Shown one piece after another: positions 51,178 to 64,000 of a DNA stretch of 64,000 bases. The translations under genes and the position numbers were made by a program. How positions within the stretch are numbered: the stretch's first letter is position 1; every line of letters starts with the position of its first letter. Under the pieces are notes generated by a model that was given only the letters and a program-made list of their open reading frames with translations, did no database searches and was not told where the DNA came from. This DNA comes from Dimorphilus gyrociliatus (taxonomy: Eukaryota > Animalia > Annelida): NCBI GenBank assembly GCA_904063045.1, contig CAJFCJ010000020.1:550916-614915 (forward strand). The letters are read 5' to 3'.

Positions 51178-52777
51178 TCATTGATAACCTCTTTGAATTA
51201 CTCCTTTTCTGTGTTGTATATAATGAATTAGCTCTAACACTGCAAAATCCATAATTTCGAATAAACTGAGTATAGTTCCACCTAACAACAAGCTAAATGC
51301 CCCTCCAACATCTGCTAGTAGTTTTAATACCAAATAACCAGCTTCTTCTTCTATGTGAGTAGATGTCATTGATGAAAAGAAAATATTTAATAGAATATAA
51401 TTGTCTGTAATAACTTCTCTCGAAACTTTATGTTTAAATACATAACTTTCCAAAAAGTATTCGCTTAACTTTGCTTGAGTTACTAAGGTAATGAAGTCTC
51501 TACCAAAGCATTGAGGTGAGCAATTACACTGTTTATGAATTTCGTTGTTAGTAAAATTATCTCTTTCTCTTATGACGCAGAGTGTATCGTAAGGAGAACA
51601 AATAGAAGCATTTCCTGTCATATAACCTTGTCTACATCCACATAATACTGTTATATGCTTGCTAAAGCAATTCAAAAAGCATAATTTGGTTCTATAGTTT
51701 GGATCGTTATTACAATTCCCATAAGGCTTAGGAAGAAAAGTTCGCTTTTCTAATCTAACACCTATGTTAACCATATGGCCAGGTTGAGCTTTTAGTCCTC
51801 CTTCCATTAACGGTAGTTCCGTTCTATCATGAACTAAAACACGAAAAGCGATAGAAGGCGAATGGACAACCAAATACTCCGATTGGTTTGCATTTAAAGT
51901 CAATGACAAGCCGTAATTGACACCAGGCTGACTAATGAACAAAGAAGCATTTCCTTTCGAAAGAAACCAATAAGTATAAGCTTAAATGGAACATGTAGGT
52001 TAATTACCTGGAGCAAACTGAAAACATTTTCCCATTTTCGTCTGAACATAGCGGAAGTCTTGCAAAGGATCACAAAATGCTCCCTTAAATATACACTTTA
52101 ATCGAAGTAAAATAATACTCTCAATGTTGATATTTATGAATAATTTGAAAGAGAATATACAGATATTACCTCTTTGATTGATTCTTCTATCGATGGCGCA
52201 TAACGTGCATAAATATCTCCCCAGTTGACTTCTGTCGATGTTTTTGTCTGGTCGCGTAAATAGTCCAAATTCAAATTTTTATTCTTCTCTTTGACTTCCC
52301 TTAAAGGTGGCCATACGACTTCTACGACTTTTTTTAAACCTAACAAAGGTATTTTTGGTACGATGTTAAAATAGCTTTCTAAAGTTTAATGAAACCTTAT
52401 ATACCATCTCTTTCTACAGCACTTTTCTTCATTTCATTCTCATTGCAGATAGTTACTGTTGGAAATTTCAGGATAGGATTATTCACATTCTTTATAATGG
52501 TTACAGTGTCATATTTAAAGAAAGCCGTAAGTCTATCTTGAATTTGGAAGGTCATAAAGCATATACCGAACAAGATTAGTATTGTCCAAATTATTTTTTT
52601 GTATATAGAAGTCTTCATATCGTTGGTGTGCCTTAAACCAACGATTGAAACGTGACCAGTAAACTTCGAAAGGCGATTAAACCAAGAAATCTCATCTAAT
52701 CTGCAATCCTTAATCGATGAGTCAGTGTCTTTCGCTTCTGTTATTTCCATTACATTTATTTTTTTCGTCTTAACCAT
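51178..52777 (-). CDS. DEG/ENaC (ASIC-like superfamily) channel subunit, 4 exons
   Basis: TM1 KIIWTILILFGICFMTFQI, then FPTVTICNEN, CIFKG..C...GKCFQF, GLSLTLN, a Cys-rich thumb (C...C...CF..C....I...CGC...C...C...C.C...C), and TM2 LLADVGGAFSLLLGGTILSLFE. Introns at ~52403-52340, ~52167-52098 and ~52008-51961 keep phase. Confidence 0.92.
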
Positions 52778-55700
52778 CGTTAACTTTGTTGTTCTACTTG
52801 GTTGTGTAAACAGCTTATCCCAACCGAATTTGTTATCTTAATGATGAAGAAGGTATTATACGCCATCTACATACATCATATACCATTACTAATTGATATA
52901 ACAGTTTCATAATATTATTTAATTAATAATTCAAAACTTTAAAAGCTTTTTTTATACTTTTTTTCATGCTGCTAATTTATTTACTGCCATGCAGTGTGAC
53001 AATTATCGGTTTCACTAAAAATAAGTGTTAATTGATATGCTAAATAGATTTTAGTACCGCAAGTTCAAAAATAAACGTGTATTGATAAAAGAAATAAAAT
53101 AGACGCTATTGGGGTTAATGCGCTGCAGAAAATTGCACTCTCAATATATTATGCACCATATTTAGCTTACTTTTTGAGTACAGCTGGATTAATATTGCAA
53201 AAAGCATCTCTGACTTTGTCTCTATCCCCTTTTCTCTATCTCCTCCTTTACTTGATGGTATTTTGTACTTCTATCCCAATCTCATTTTCAACTGTTTTCA
53301 CATTTCCATTTGTCACTCTCCTTACCATTTATTTTTCTCTAATATATTTTTTTCCTTGAATGCCAAAGGCTTATTTAATTAAATATTCCTTAAAGACATA
53401 CTTTTAGAATTAACAACGATAATACTTATTACAAGCAAAAGAGAAATCAAAATTGTCAGAAAAATACCGAGTTTAGATTGAAATATAAAAGTAAAAAAAA
53501 AACTAGAGAAAAAGGAAAACCGTCATGTGCCTTTTTTTTCATCAATAGCGATAGCGATGGTTAAAGAAATCGCTTATCTGTTCGAATCGAGGATATACAG
53601 TATTTACTAAGAAAAGAAAAACAGGAAAACTATCAAATGTAGACTTTCTAACCAGTAAATGTCTACGTTTTACAGCTATTTCTTTCTTCTCTTGCTACCG
53701 CTTCGTAACATTGAAAGAGTAGGACGAAAAAAATCGAAAGAAACTTTCAAATAGAATTAATAAGATATAATGGTTTAATTGAACGTAAGTTGTTAGAAAA
53801 CAACTTTTCTGACCGTCGGGGTTGGTAAACAGTCTATTGAAACGACTATTGAACATTAACGCTTTTAAAATGTCATTTATTCGTTAAAAAAGGAAGTACA
53901 TTCTCAGCCCAAATGATGCGTGAAGGTAAGTTAATCCGCTGTTGAATTGAACTGGACGATGGATGATATCAATTGTTTTTTTTTTTATCTTTTATTCTTA
54001 AAATTAAAAAACTAATGAATTATATAAAATCTTTTATTTTTTTTCTAACGAATTTAAAGAATTAAGAACATTGCACCTTATTTTCCTGATGGATATACCC
54101 GTGAAATAAAATTGCAAGTGAAAGCTCTACACCTTTCTGTTAAACCGTAGGTGGCGGTAGTGGTAACTACGCCATCTCATACGTTTACGATATCGATACT
54201 AGTGTACTCTATTGGTGAACCTAAATCTTCAATTAATAATAGTATAGCCTAAACGTGATTCTAATATCTCATCTTATTGGACGGAATGTAGAAAATAAAT
54301 AAAGATCAACCGTTTCAATTATCCCTGGACGTGTCTAATCTACGAAAGGAAGGATATTTATGGCCGAAACAAAGGAATCAATCTTGGAAGAGGTCGAGAA
54401 AACATTATATCAATTAACGCACTCATACGTTAGGTTAGAACGTATAACAACGTCGAATGGATTATCACAAGATGTTTATGAAGAATTAAACATTGATTCA
54501 AATCCAAGAGCGTCTAATCTTGTAGGAAAAAGAAGATCATTAATTGTTGTTTTAAAAAATGATTACATAGCTAAAGAGGAGATATCAAGTAAAAGAAAAA
54601 AGGAAAGGGAAGAGTATCAACGAAAAAAAAAATAATTATCACAGAATAAGGAGAAGGAGAAGGAAAATGAGACGAAAAGAGGATTTAATTGATTAGTATT
54701 AATGTACCTGCAAAAAAAAAAAAAGGAACACAAAAAGATAATTTCTAATTTTACCAAAACACTTATAACAGAGGTAGCGCATCTAGTCCAAGTATCGATT
54801 TCTCCAGAATTTATAAGCAGCCTATAACTTTACATTTCTTTCTTCTGTTGACTTCTTCTCTACTCTTATAATTTTGTAAATAAAAATATAGAAATTAGAC
54901 ACAGATAAATGGAACAAGAGAAAACAAGGATTGAAGTAAAGTACTTAATTATTTTGTTGGAAATGTCTTAAATAACAAAGAAGATTATTTATTTCTATTT
55001 CTTTGAAACTTGATAAACAAAGGAACGAAATTCATGGAAATGTTCAACAAATATCAAAAATATATTTCCATTTTTTCTTTTTATGACGAAGAATTTTTCT
55101 TGAATGAATTTTAAAAGATTAAAACATTACAAGACTTCCATATGTATCTGCATATATGTTATTATTTTAATACAACTATATCTAGTTAACTTTAAAATCA
55201 ATTTTTTAATTTTACACCAAGTTCAGACTCTAAACATGTATAACTTTACCTTTAACTTTTCTATAAGTAATACGTATTCAATATATAATAAGTTATCTTT
55301 TTGTTCTTTAGAAAGAAAAAGGTGTCCTTCTTTTATTCTTATAATAAACTTTGATATTTTCTACTCTTTCTCTTCTTATAATTAATATCAAATTTTGTAC
55401 TTAATCTTCCATTATATTTTTCCAAGCTGCATTATCTATTTTTATTCCTTTTTTTTTGCACTTTATTTTTAGCCTTATAATTAATTATTTTTCCCTTTAA
55501 GAGAAGAAAAAAAAGGAGTCTGTAATTTGTTATATAATCGGCTAATATTCAAACTTTCTGCTCCCTTCGTTTCTTTATCCTATAATAAGAGATTAAGATT
55601 CCATTAGCTGTTGAAAAGAATCCATTTGGAAATTATGCCGTCTTCTGTTTCTTCTTTTCGCCTGTCTCTTAGAAACAATGAATAATTATTAGTATTCTTT

Positions 55701-55928
55701 CTGCAATGTAGGTTAATGTCCTCTAGATTATTTTTCGTTTGGCAATCATGATGAATGATTTTTATATCTTAATATTTCTCCATTTTCAAAGCTATCGTCT
55801 CTTTCATTTTATTTTTTATTTAAATATTCATTAAAAGTAACATTCCCAATTACCTATAAAATCAATAATTTGTTACTTTCTCATTATTTAATGAAATCAA
55901 ACGGTTTAAGACTAATATCTGTATCTAA

Positions 55929-56000
55929 TCCCAGATAGTCTAGTGGTTATGATTCCCGGCTCTCACCCGGGCGGCCCGGGTTCGATTCCCGGTCTGGGAG
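55929..56000 (+). tRNA. tRNA-Glu(CTC), copy 1
   Basis: TCCCAGATAGTCTAGTGGTTATGATTCCCGGCTCTCACCCGGGCGGCCCGGGTTCGATTCCCGGTCTGGGAG, 72 nt, with anticodon arm CCCGG-CT-CTC-AC-CCGGG and a following T-tract. Confidence 0.96.
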
Positions 56001-56103
56001 TAATTTTTTGTTTTTCCTAGACAATAAAAACTCAATATTTTAATAAAATGCCTACACCGTCCACGCTTTAAAATCGTGCAATTTTACCATTTTGTACAGC
56101 AAG

Positions 56104-56175
56104 TCCCAGATAGTCTAGTGGTTATGATTCCCGGCTCTCACCCGGGCGGCCCGGGTTCGATTCCCGGTCTGGGAG
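56104..56175 (+). tRNA. tRNA-Glu(CTC), copy 2
   Basis: Identical 72-nt sequence to copy 1, 175 nt downstream, followed by a T-tract terminator. Confidence 0.96.
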
Positions 56176-57835
56176 TAGTTTTTTGTTTTTTGGCTATTTA
56201 TGCTATAAGTTTATAGTTAAGTTAACTGGCAAGTAATTTACATACAGGTTGTCGGTCTCTTTTTTTCTCCCTATATTGAAATAATCAAGATTAACGGTCG
56301 GTAGGTAATTGTGTTAGTGTGAGAAGAAACGAAAGATGGCGCTTTAAGTTTTTCGAAATAGTTCATAAAATTATATCCCGTTCTAAAAAGAGGACAGGAA
56401 ATAAAAAACTGTTACTTGTTGATTAATAAGAGAAGTAGACTCAAGAGAACAGAACTATAGCGGTATATAAGACGATTGTAAATTGGGAAAAGAAAATTGA
56501 TTAGAGGAGCTGTATTAATTTCATCAAGGTGAAAAGTTTCCAATGAAAGATTCTTACTAAAGAGATTTTCGTCTGTGAAGATGTTTGACAACAGCGTAAG
56601 ATCTGAGTTCATCAAAAGATTCTACTTATGTAGGAGCTATTGAATACAAAACGAAACGTAAAGGAGTCTTTGACAGATATTTCCTAGAAGTTACAATTAA
56701 TATTTTAGAATTATTGTAAGCGTTATAAAAGTTACCCTTTCTAAATCTTCAAATCTAGTTACGTCTGTTAATCTGATCAAAGTATTAACAAAATATTTCC
56801 CTGTGGGATTAACCCTTTTATAATAATGATTACATTTTTTAAAGAAATCCACTCAATAACATATCCCCTCGTTTTCCTTAAAACTCTAATTAAATAATAA
56901 TCTGTTAGTATCGAGTCTTTTTTATTATATAGCCCGCCTACTTGTTTCTTCTCTATTCTTTCGACGATCTATATAATGTTTACATTATCTTCATCATCAA
57001 TAATTTTTTAATATGTTATAGTGACATCTAGTAGGTACTTTTTAATTATACATATTTTTTTTTCATTTATCTTAATGATTAGAGTAATCGGAAATAAAAT
57101 ACAGAATTTCCTCCTTTTACTTAATAGTGGAAATTTTAACGTAATTATCAATTTATATATAAAGTATAAATATATATAATGTTTCTATGCAGAATGTTTA
57201 TTTATAGAATATATTTTATAAGATTATTTAACGATGAAAAAAGGAACTAATATAAGAAATCTACATTTTTATTGTTACAAATTATTCCCATCTGTTTTTC
57301 GGTGATCAAAGGCAAAGCAATGAATTTTGCATGCAAAGTTTAGCATTAGTGCATCTGATTTCAAGAATCAAAGAAAATTTTTAGAACCATTTACAAAATC
57401 ACGAAAATCTTAGCCAACTAAATAGATGTTTATAATATTTTTTTTCCTATTCCTTCTCTTTCCTTTCCTCTCTTTCTAAATTAAATCTCTATCTGTCACA
57501 CTATCTTTCTCTCCTCCCTCCAAAAACAAAAATAAAAACTTGTTTTTAACCTTTATTTTATCTTTTTATCTTCTTTTCTCTCTTGTTCCCTTTGCAGCTT
57601 TTTTCATTTTTAAAAACACCAAACTAAAATATTGTAATATAAAACAAATGTTTTTGCAGTGTTTCATGTCAAAGGAGAATTCAGTATATTTATTTTTTTA
57701 GAATACTAAAATATCTATAAAAGATACAAACTAGGTCAAAGGGAAAAAAATAATAAAAAATAAAAATAACTTAATATTTAATTAGATAGCGAGAAGAAGA
57801 AGAAGAAAAAGAAAAAAGAAGAAAGAAAGAAAGTA

Positions 57836-60800
57836 TTATTTAAGGACTGTGTCTTTCCTGTTTCTTAAATTAAAAAGTTCAAATATCAATAATTTAACAT
57901 CACCTCGAGAGTTGTTAAAAAGAATTATAAGAAAATTATCATCAGGTGTGAACTGTGTACTAAGGACCATTCCGTCAATTCTAAAATGTATATCTGTTGA
58001 ATTCGATTTGGAGGAACTAATGAAGAATAATTCATTATCGTAGGTAGAAGCAACCATCATTTCTAAATTCTTTGTTACTATGAGAGACTTGATCTGGAAG
58101 TTAAACAAAAGAGGAAAACACTTAGCAATGGAATATTTTATAGTAAAGTTAAAACACGAAATGAAACTGGAATATAAAAGTAAATAAAAGAAAACATAAG
58201 AAAACCTTGAGCTATTACCTTAGGGCTTTGACAAACACCATATAAAGCTGACTGAATCTTTTTCCCATTGTTTTGTTGTAAAGAGAATATATTTCCATGG
58301 TTTGTTGAAAATAAAACATGATGTTTGTCTATTGTTGATTGGATGGAGATAATGGAAGATGGTATGTTTATACTGAAAAACATTGATATACAACAAAAGG
58401 CTTAATGTAAGAAATAGAGGAGAAAAGATCGTTACTTTTTCTTAATTATTAATAAAAAAATTTACTTGTTTGTAATTTGCTTCTGTGACATGTCAATTGA
58501 TTGTTCACACTGAGCTAAAAGTGCGTTATAGATAATAACTTCCGGTCCACATGATAAGATTAGTTTATTCTCGTCGAAAACTTCAAATTGTTCAACGTTT
58601 AGAGGGTATTTGGAAGAATTACGCTTACACGTTATAGCATCACCGACTGTTGACTGAGTATCGTAAGTTATCAGTTTATGACCTAATATAGCTTCGTTAG
58701 ACTTTTGGAATTGTTTTGAAGAGATTTTCATAACTATATGACGTCCAGATCTAGTTATTTTTAGTCTATCATCATTTAAGCTATTTAATTCATCTTGGGA
58801 TATTCTAGACAGGTTTACTTGCTGTATTATCTTATTATTTGAACTCGCCCAAGTGATTAATTGGATTGACCGATTCGGTTGTGATGCAAGTAGGAAGACA
58901 GTTGATTCAATTGGAGAAACTAAAGCCCGTAGAATAGTGATGTTCTTTAAAGGAAAGTCAATCTTCTTACCAGTAGTTACTTCCCATATGGTCATATTAC
59001 CGTCTAAATTTAAACCAATAATTATGTTTCTTTCACAGGTAAGAAGAACCTTGTTACAATCATGTGAACATGCGTAGATTTGTTGAAGAACACCTTGGGG
59101 TAAGATATACTTGCCAAGCCCACTTTCACTAGATAAAAACAATTCCGACTCGTTACGCTTTACGTTAGTAATGCAAAATTTAATGGATTTTTGAGTAAAA
59201 ATGTCTTTCGATTTATCAATTTGCATCATACTGGCCCGTTTTCTAAGAGTTTGCTGTAAAAATTTTTTCCAGTACCATACTTTGCACTGATTAGCAATTA
59301 TGGTTACTAATTTTGTACCGTTATCAACAAATGAAAGATGCTCGATAGCCGAAAATGCCATCTTCTTTGTTGTTTGAAATTGGCGATTGATGATGTTGAA
59401 AAGCTTTATATTACCTAAATCATCCGATATAACCAACTGATTAGTTTCAACGTCGTACGAAATAGCTGATATATTCGACATGATTTGTTCATAAACTGTA
59501 TCGTTTTCCGCTAAATGAACATAATTTAAAACATCCAAAGCAATGATTAGACGCCCACTAAACGAAATTTCACAATGTTTTATTTTCCTTGGAAAAGCTA
59601 TTGTTCGTAGGATTTGGCAGTCGATTACCGCTACAATTGCAATGCAGTTGGATCTTGCTTCACTAAACATTAAACAGACGTGATATTGACTCGCTGAGAT
59701 TTTAAGATTCGAAACATTTTCCGGAAGAGGTAATGTATTACAGGATCCGCTTGACGAAAAATTCTGTATGACAAGTACTTTTTTAACCTTTCGATGTTCG
59801 CTTTCCAGTTCGGCAGTGTAAATTATTTTATCTTCAGTTAAGAAATTAACTAATTTTGGATTTTTCGTCGACACTGGCAGAGGGAAATTGGTCATCGAGT
59901 ATTGTAAACTTTTCCCTGTAGGAAGAAAGAGTTTTACATTTGTTGAGGAGGCAAAGCAAATTCTTCCATTTTCTGTGATAGCCAAAGAAACAATCGATTC
60001 TGTAGTCTTGTGAATTATTTGTATACAATCAGATGTATTCTCATTAACGATTACATCTCCATTCTCCGCTACAAAGCATACAACTCTATCGCAACAAACT
60101 GGTAACGTTTTACTCACTATGGTTTTTGTATAGCCAGTTTTACTATTAACTAACGTATAATTGTGTTTTTCATTTGACTTTTTAATTAGGAACCATACTC
60201 TGGAATAATGTAAATTTACATTCGAGCTGGCTTGTGAAATGTTGCAGATAACAGATTCGTGATCAGCTAAAGCGGGTGACAGGGGTATTATTTGAAAAGT
60301 AGATAGTGATTGGAGATATTCTTTGCATTGATACGATAGTTTGTACAAATTGGGAAGGTTATGAGAATCAAGAGGTAATCTACAGCATAATTGAGTCGCT
60401 AGCGATTGCTTGTTAAATGATTTTGCACTGTCCCTAGCAGTATTAATACATTCTTTTAGTGTTTCCAACTCCAGATCATCGGATTGTTGTGCAATGGTTT
60501 GAAGATCAGAAACAAGAAACTCCATTCGACAAAAAAGGAAATCAAGATTGCAGAACACTTTGGTTTTAAGTATCTCAAAGTTTTTAGCTTTCCTTAGATG
60601 ATAAATGACGCATTCAGACTTTCTTCTATTATTCACTGAGAACTTTTCTATTCTTATAGCTCTATTCGCCTCTTTTATTGTCTTTCGTCTATATTCTAAA
60701 TAAATATCTCTTTGAACTTGATCTTGTATCATAAAATATTGAGCTAATTGATCATTCAATCTAAAAAACTCTTTATCCGATGTATATCTCTCTAAAGCCG

Positions 60801-63593
60801 CTATTTTAAACTGTTTATGATACCATGCAATAGTAGTTCTCTTAAAAGACGATCTTTCAGAAAGATAATCCCTTAACTCTCCTAATAATCGAATTATAAT
60901 AAACTGAGGAAATCGTACGATGCCTTCATAAGGTGGGTCGTGATATTGAAAGAGTTCATTTAAAACTTGATCGTCCAACGATAAGATATCTTCCAATTCC
61001 GCTATTGTCAAACCATTGAGAGAAACACTTAACAAACCTAATATTCTTGCAGTGACTAGCTTTCCAATTTTAAGTTCAATTTGATCGAATATATTGTTAA
61101 TGGCCTCATTTACGGAATTGAGAAGAGGTATAGACGAAGCAGACGTGTAACTCGTCCAATAGAGTGATCGATTCAATTGTACCATTAGAAAAAGAGGTGT
61201 TGAAGAGTATTGTAGACTTTGTAAAATTATTATCCTCTGGAGTTCAGTAAGTGTATGTTTCTTTTCCGAAAGATATTTATTCATAACGAGTTCTGCAGTT
61301 TCTTTCGGAAGTGACTCGAGCTTTATATATGCATTCTCCTTAGTTATAATCGTTTTAAGGCCTTTCATGTAAATATTCTCATCCAGAACTGATACTATCA
61401 AAGATATATTTTGAGGCAGCGAGGAAGGTAACCATTTCTGAATTGAGTCGACGTTATTCGTTAACTGATCTAAAGAGTCCAATATGATAATTAATCTTTG
61501 ATTAGAAAGTTTCCTGGAGATCCTTCTCAGAAGTCTTGGAAAATAAGAGGATAGTTTTGCTAATGTTTTATTCCAAAAGGGTTCCGGAATTATTGAAAAA
61601 TAATCCAGTAATTGCTCAGTTACCGATTTCACTAACGAAAATGAACTGCTAGTTTCAGCTGTTGTGCCCAAAAATCTGAATCACATAAATTGATTTTCTA
61701 CGAACATAGCCTAGTAATTTTGTATTAAATTTACCGAATAATTTTAATTGTGTCATTTGTCATCCACTTATTTAGGCTTAAGAATATTTTCGCTAAAAGA
61801 CTAGTCTTCCCAACTCCCGATTTACCGAAGAGGACTAAATTATTCGATTGATTGCGTTCTAAGCACCTTCGAATTCTATTCAATTCCTTATCTTGACCAC
61901 AAAAATATTTAGTCTTTTCAAATGCAAATCTTATATGGCATTGTATTTCGGAAATTGATGAATAGAATCCCTTATATTTTGAATTGAGAGCATTTCCGGT
62001 ATTAAATTTTTTAATTTCATTCAAAATCTAAATATTTGCATAAGAGAAAAGAAAGAAGGGATTTTATAGTTAATGAAATATAATCTTTAAACCCTAATAT
62101 TCGCTTTTACTGTTGAATATTATTGAATTGATATTATAATAAATATTTACCCTAGTTTTAAAATCATCTCCAAGTGCTCTTAAGTAGTTTCTATGCTCTG
62201 TATTATTTTTCTCATCGACACCGCCCGGCTTCCAGGACAAGTCGAAGTGCCTTCGATTAGACTTTGGTATATTCTCTACTATAAAGTTTTCTTTTAGTTC
62301 TCGCCTCAGTTCTCTGACTTCTTCATCCACGCTCAATTTACTCTGCACCGAATCAGAACACGTTTAACGAACTCGTTAGTATTTGTCGTTCATTAACTTA
62401 CATCTCTTGTTTTACAGTCAATAAATCTCTCAGCCGTAGCTTCATTCACATAATGCGGATCTAGCCCTTGAAATGTTCTAGTATAAGATATAATATTAAA
62501 TTTATTATGATCTTCTAGACCCTTTTCGATCTCTAACTCAGTGACGCTAATAAAATAACGCCGTTTCGATTTCTCATCAATTCTATTTTTTTTAAACGCA
62601 CTTTCTGAACATTCTCTCAAAGTGGTAGTAAGTTTTAGATAAATATTATTCCAGGAATCTGTTGCTTTTCTAGCCCTTTCCGGTTTACGCTCGTTACCAA
62701 AATCCGGTAATTTTGTGGTTATCGCCTATCAAATTTCGTCCTTAAATAATTAATTAATGTCTAGAGTAATTAGCTTTTACCTGTAGTCGGTAACATTGAG
62801 GTATAGTGTTTTTATCCAGTCTATACCAAGTTAATAGTAACTGTGAATTGGATTTAATCTCAAGAGCCTCTTCAAGTAGTATGTCAAATTCGCTCTTTTC
62901 AATTCTATTAGGAATAGGCCGGAATCCGTAGCGATCTCCAATTAATGTCTTAAAAAGAATACTCCGTTAAAACAATGTATAGTTAGTGTTGTGTCGTTTA
63001 CATCATTTATTTTAATAAAACCTACAACGAAATTTGCTGATATAGATGCATTTTTACAGGCGTCAACTTCTCCTAAGCATAAATCAGTAACAGAGTGTTC
63101 ATTAGTCGCAGAATCAGTTACTCCCCATCTCATATCGATTACATTAAAATCTAAGTTGGATTCTAAGCATTTTTCGATCAGTTCCGGATAAATATTATTA
63201 ATAAAATAATTTCTCTCCGCCTTCATATCTATTTCGAAGTATTCATTGAATTGAAATGAAATGAAATAATATTTTGTTTCTATTAGAATAAATACCAGAA
63301 AAGGTTGAAGATAAAAATATTCGTATTTCTTTTTTACTTTTTTCAGGTATCTTTGTAACATTTCCCGCCAAGATGTCGTATACAGCATCTTTTCTTAAAT
63401 CTATTACTGCAGTTCTGGGATAGATTTGACTTTTTTCTACAATAGATTAATTATAAGTGAATGTTTGTCTTCTAAATTTCCCTAACGATTTTATATTTAT
63501 ATACTATATGATTAATTATTATTAATTAAATATGGTATACCTCTATTAGCCGCTTTACCATTTATAGCAGATTTGCAGTTCATATTTTTAACA
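57836..63593 (-). CDS. NACHT and WD-repeat domain protein (NWD1/NWD2-like STAND ATPase; DUF4062-NACHT-WD40)
   Basis: N-terminal domain EIRIFLSSTFSD-MKAERN...IDMRWGV and LIGDRYGFRP...WYRLDKN. Walker A GKSGVGKTS, IIRFLGTT, Walker B LIIILDSLDQL, and helical GLTIAELEDILSLDDQVL. A degenerate beta-propeller C-terminus ends at 57836. The start at ATG 63593 is tentative. Confidence 0.88.
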
Positions 63594-64000
63594 GATTTAT
63601 ACCGTATATTTCGCTGTTTTTTTTTCAAATGTTCCTTTCCTTAGTAATCTTATGATTGCTAATTTCATGAGAAGTTGAAAAACAAAAACAATAAAACGTC
63701 TGCTTTGTTTATTCGGTTACCATGAACGCGAGTTTTTATCGTAATCAAGTTAGTTTTTAAATCTTCCAATTGATATAAGTTTTGATTTACGACGATTCTC
63801 AATATAACAAACGAAAATTTCTTAATCCTTTCTTTGTATCACAGATCTTGAGTGGCTGCTTAACATTTACTTAAAAGACATTAAGACTTTACAGCGCTAA
63901 TCTGTATACACAGTCCTGCAGAGATCAATATACGGTGCAGTTGTTTACCCCGTTGTTAAGGAATAATTTATGAATGTTCTTCTTTTTTCTAATTTCTAAT

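Noticed and set aside
56412-56615. Possible further NWD exon or separate gene
   Set aside because: The NWD frame already terminates at 57836, and I see no motif or convincing splice context here.
1-64000. CRISPR arrays, rRNA, intact transposons, prokaryotic operons
   Set aside because: The DNA is eukaryotic and intron-rich. I saw no regularly spaced repeats, rRNA motifs, or transposase/RT ORFs.

Overview
This is AT-rich animal genomic DNA with many very short (about 50-70 nt) GT-AG introns. That fits a compact-genome invertebrate; a lophotrochozoan such as a meiofaunal annelid is my inference, not something the sequence proves. The ORF track is fragmented by introns, so I rebuilt the genes by hand from splice sites and reading phase. 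In order: TMEM151-like (-, 3' end uncertain); a disrupted intronless arylamine N-acetyltransferase (+); LRRC61 (-) head-to-head with GKAP1 (+); a long non-coding or leader region; and an unrecognised ~510-aa protein (+) made of four ~90-aa repeats, with two duplicated alternative last exons that each end in a Ras-like CaaX box (CACVIM / CACVVM) and a tRNA-Val(AAC) nested antisense in an intron. Six co-oriented minus-strand genes follow: an EF-hand-less calpain with a P/Y/Q-rich tail, an NCX (SLC8) with 12-, 24- and 30-nt microexons and degenerate Ca2+-binding domains, a coiled-coil + RanBP2-type zinc-finger orphan, an NCKX (SLC24), a DEG/ENaC subunit with non-canonical HG and GxS motifs, and an NWD-type DUF4062-NACHT-WD40 gene. 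Two identical tRNA-Glu(CTC) genes lie between the last two. The strongest novelty candidate is the repeat protein with switchable prenylated tails. No database searches were run; family calls come from recognising motifs.
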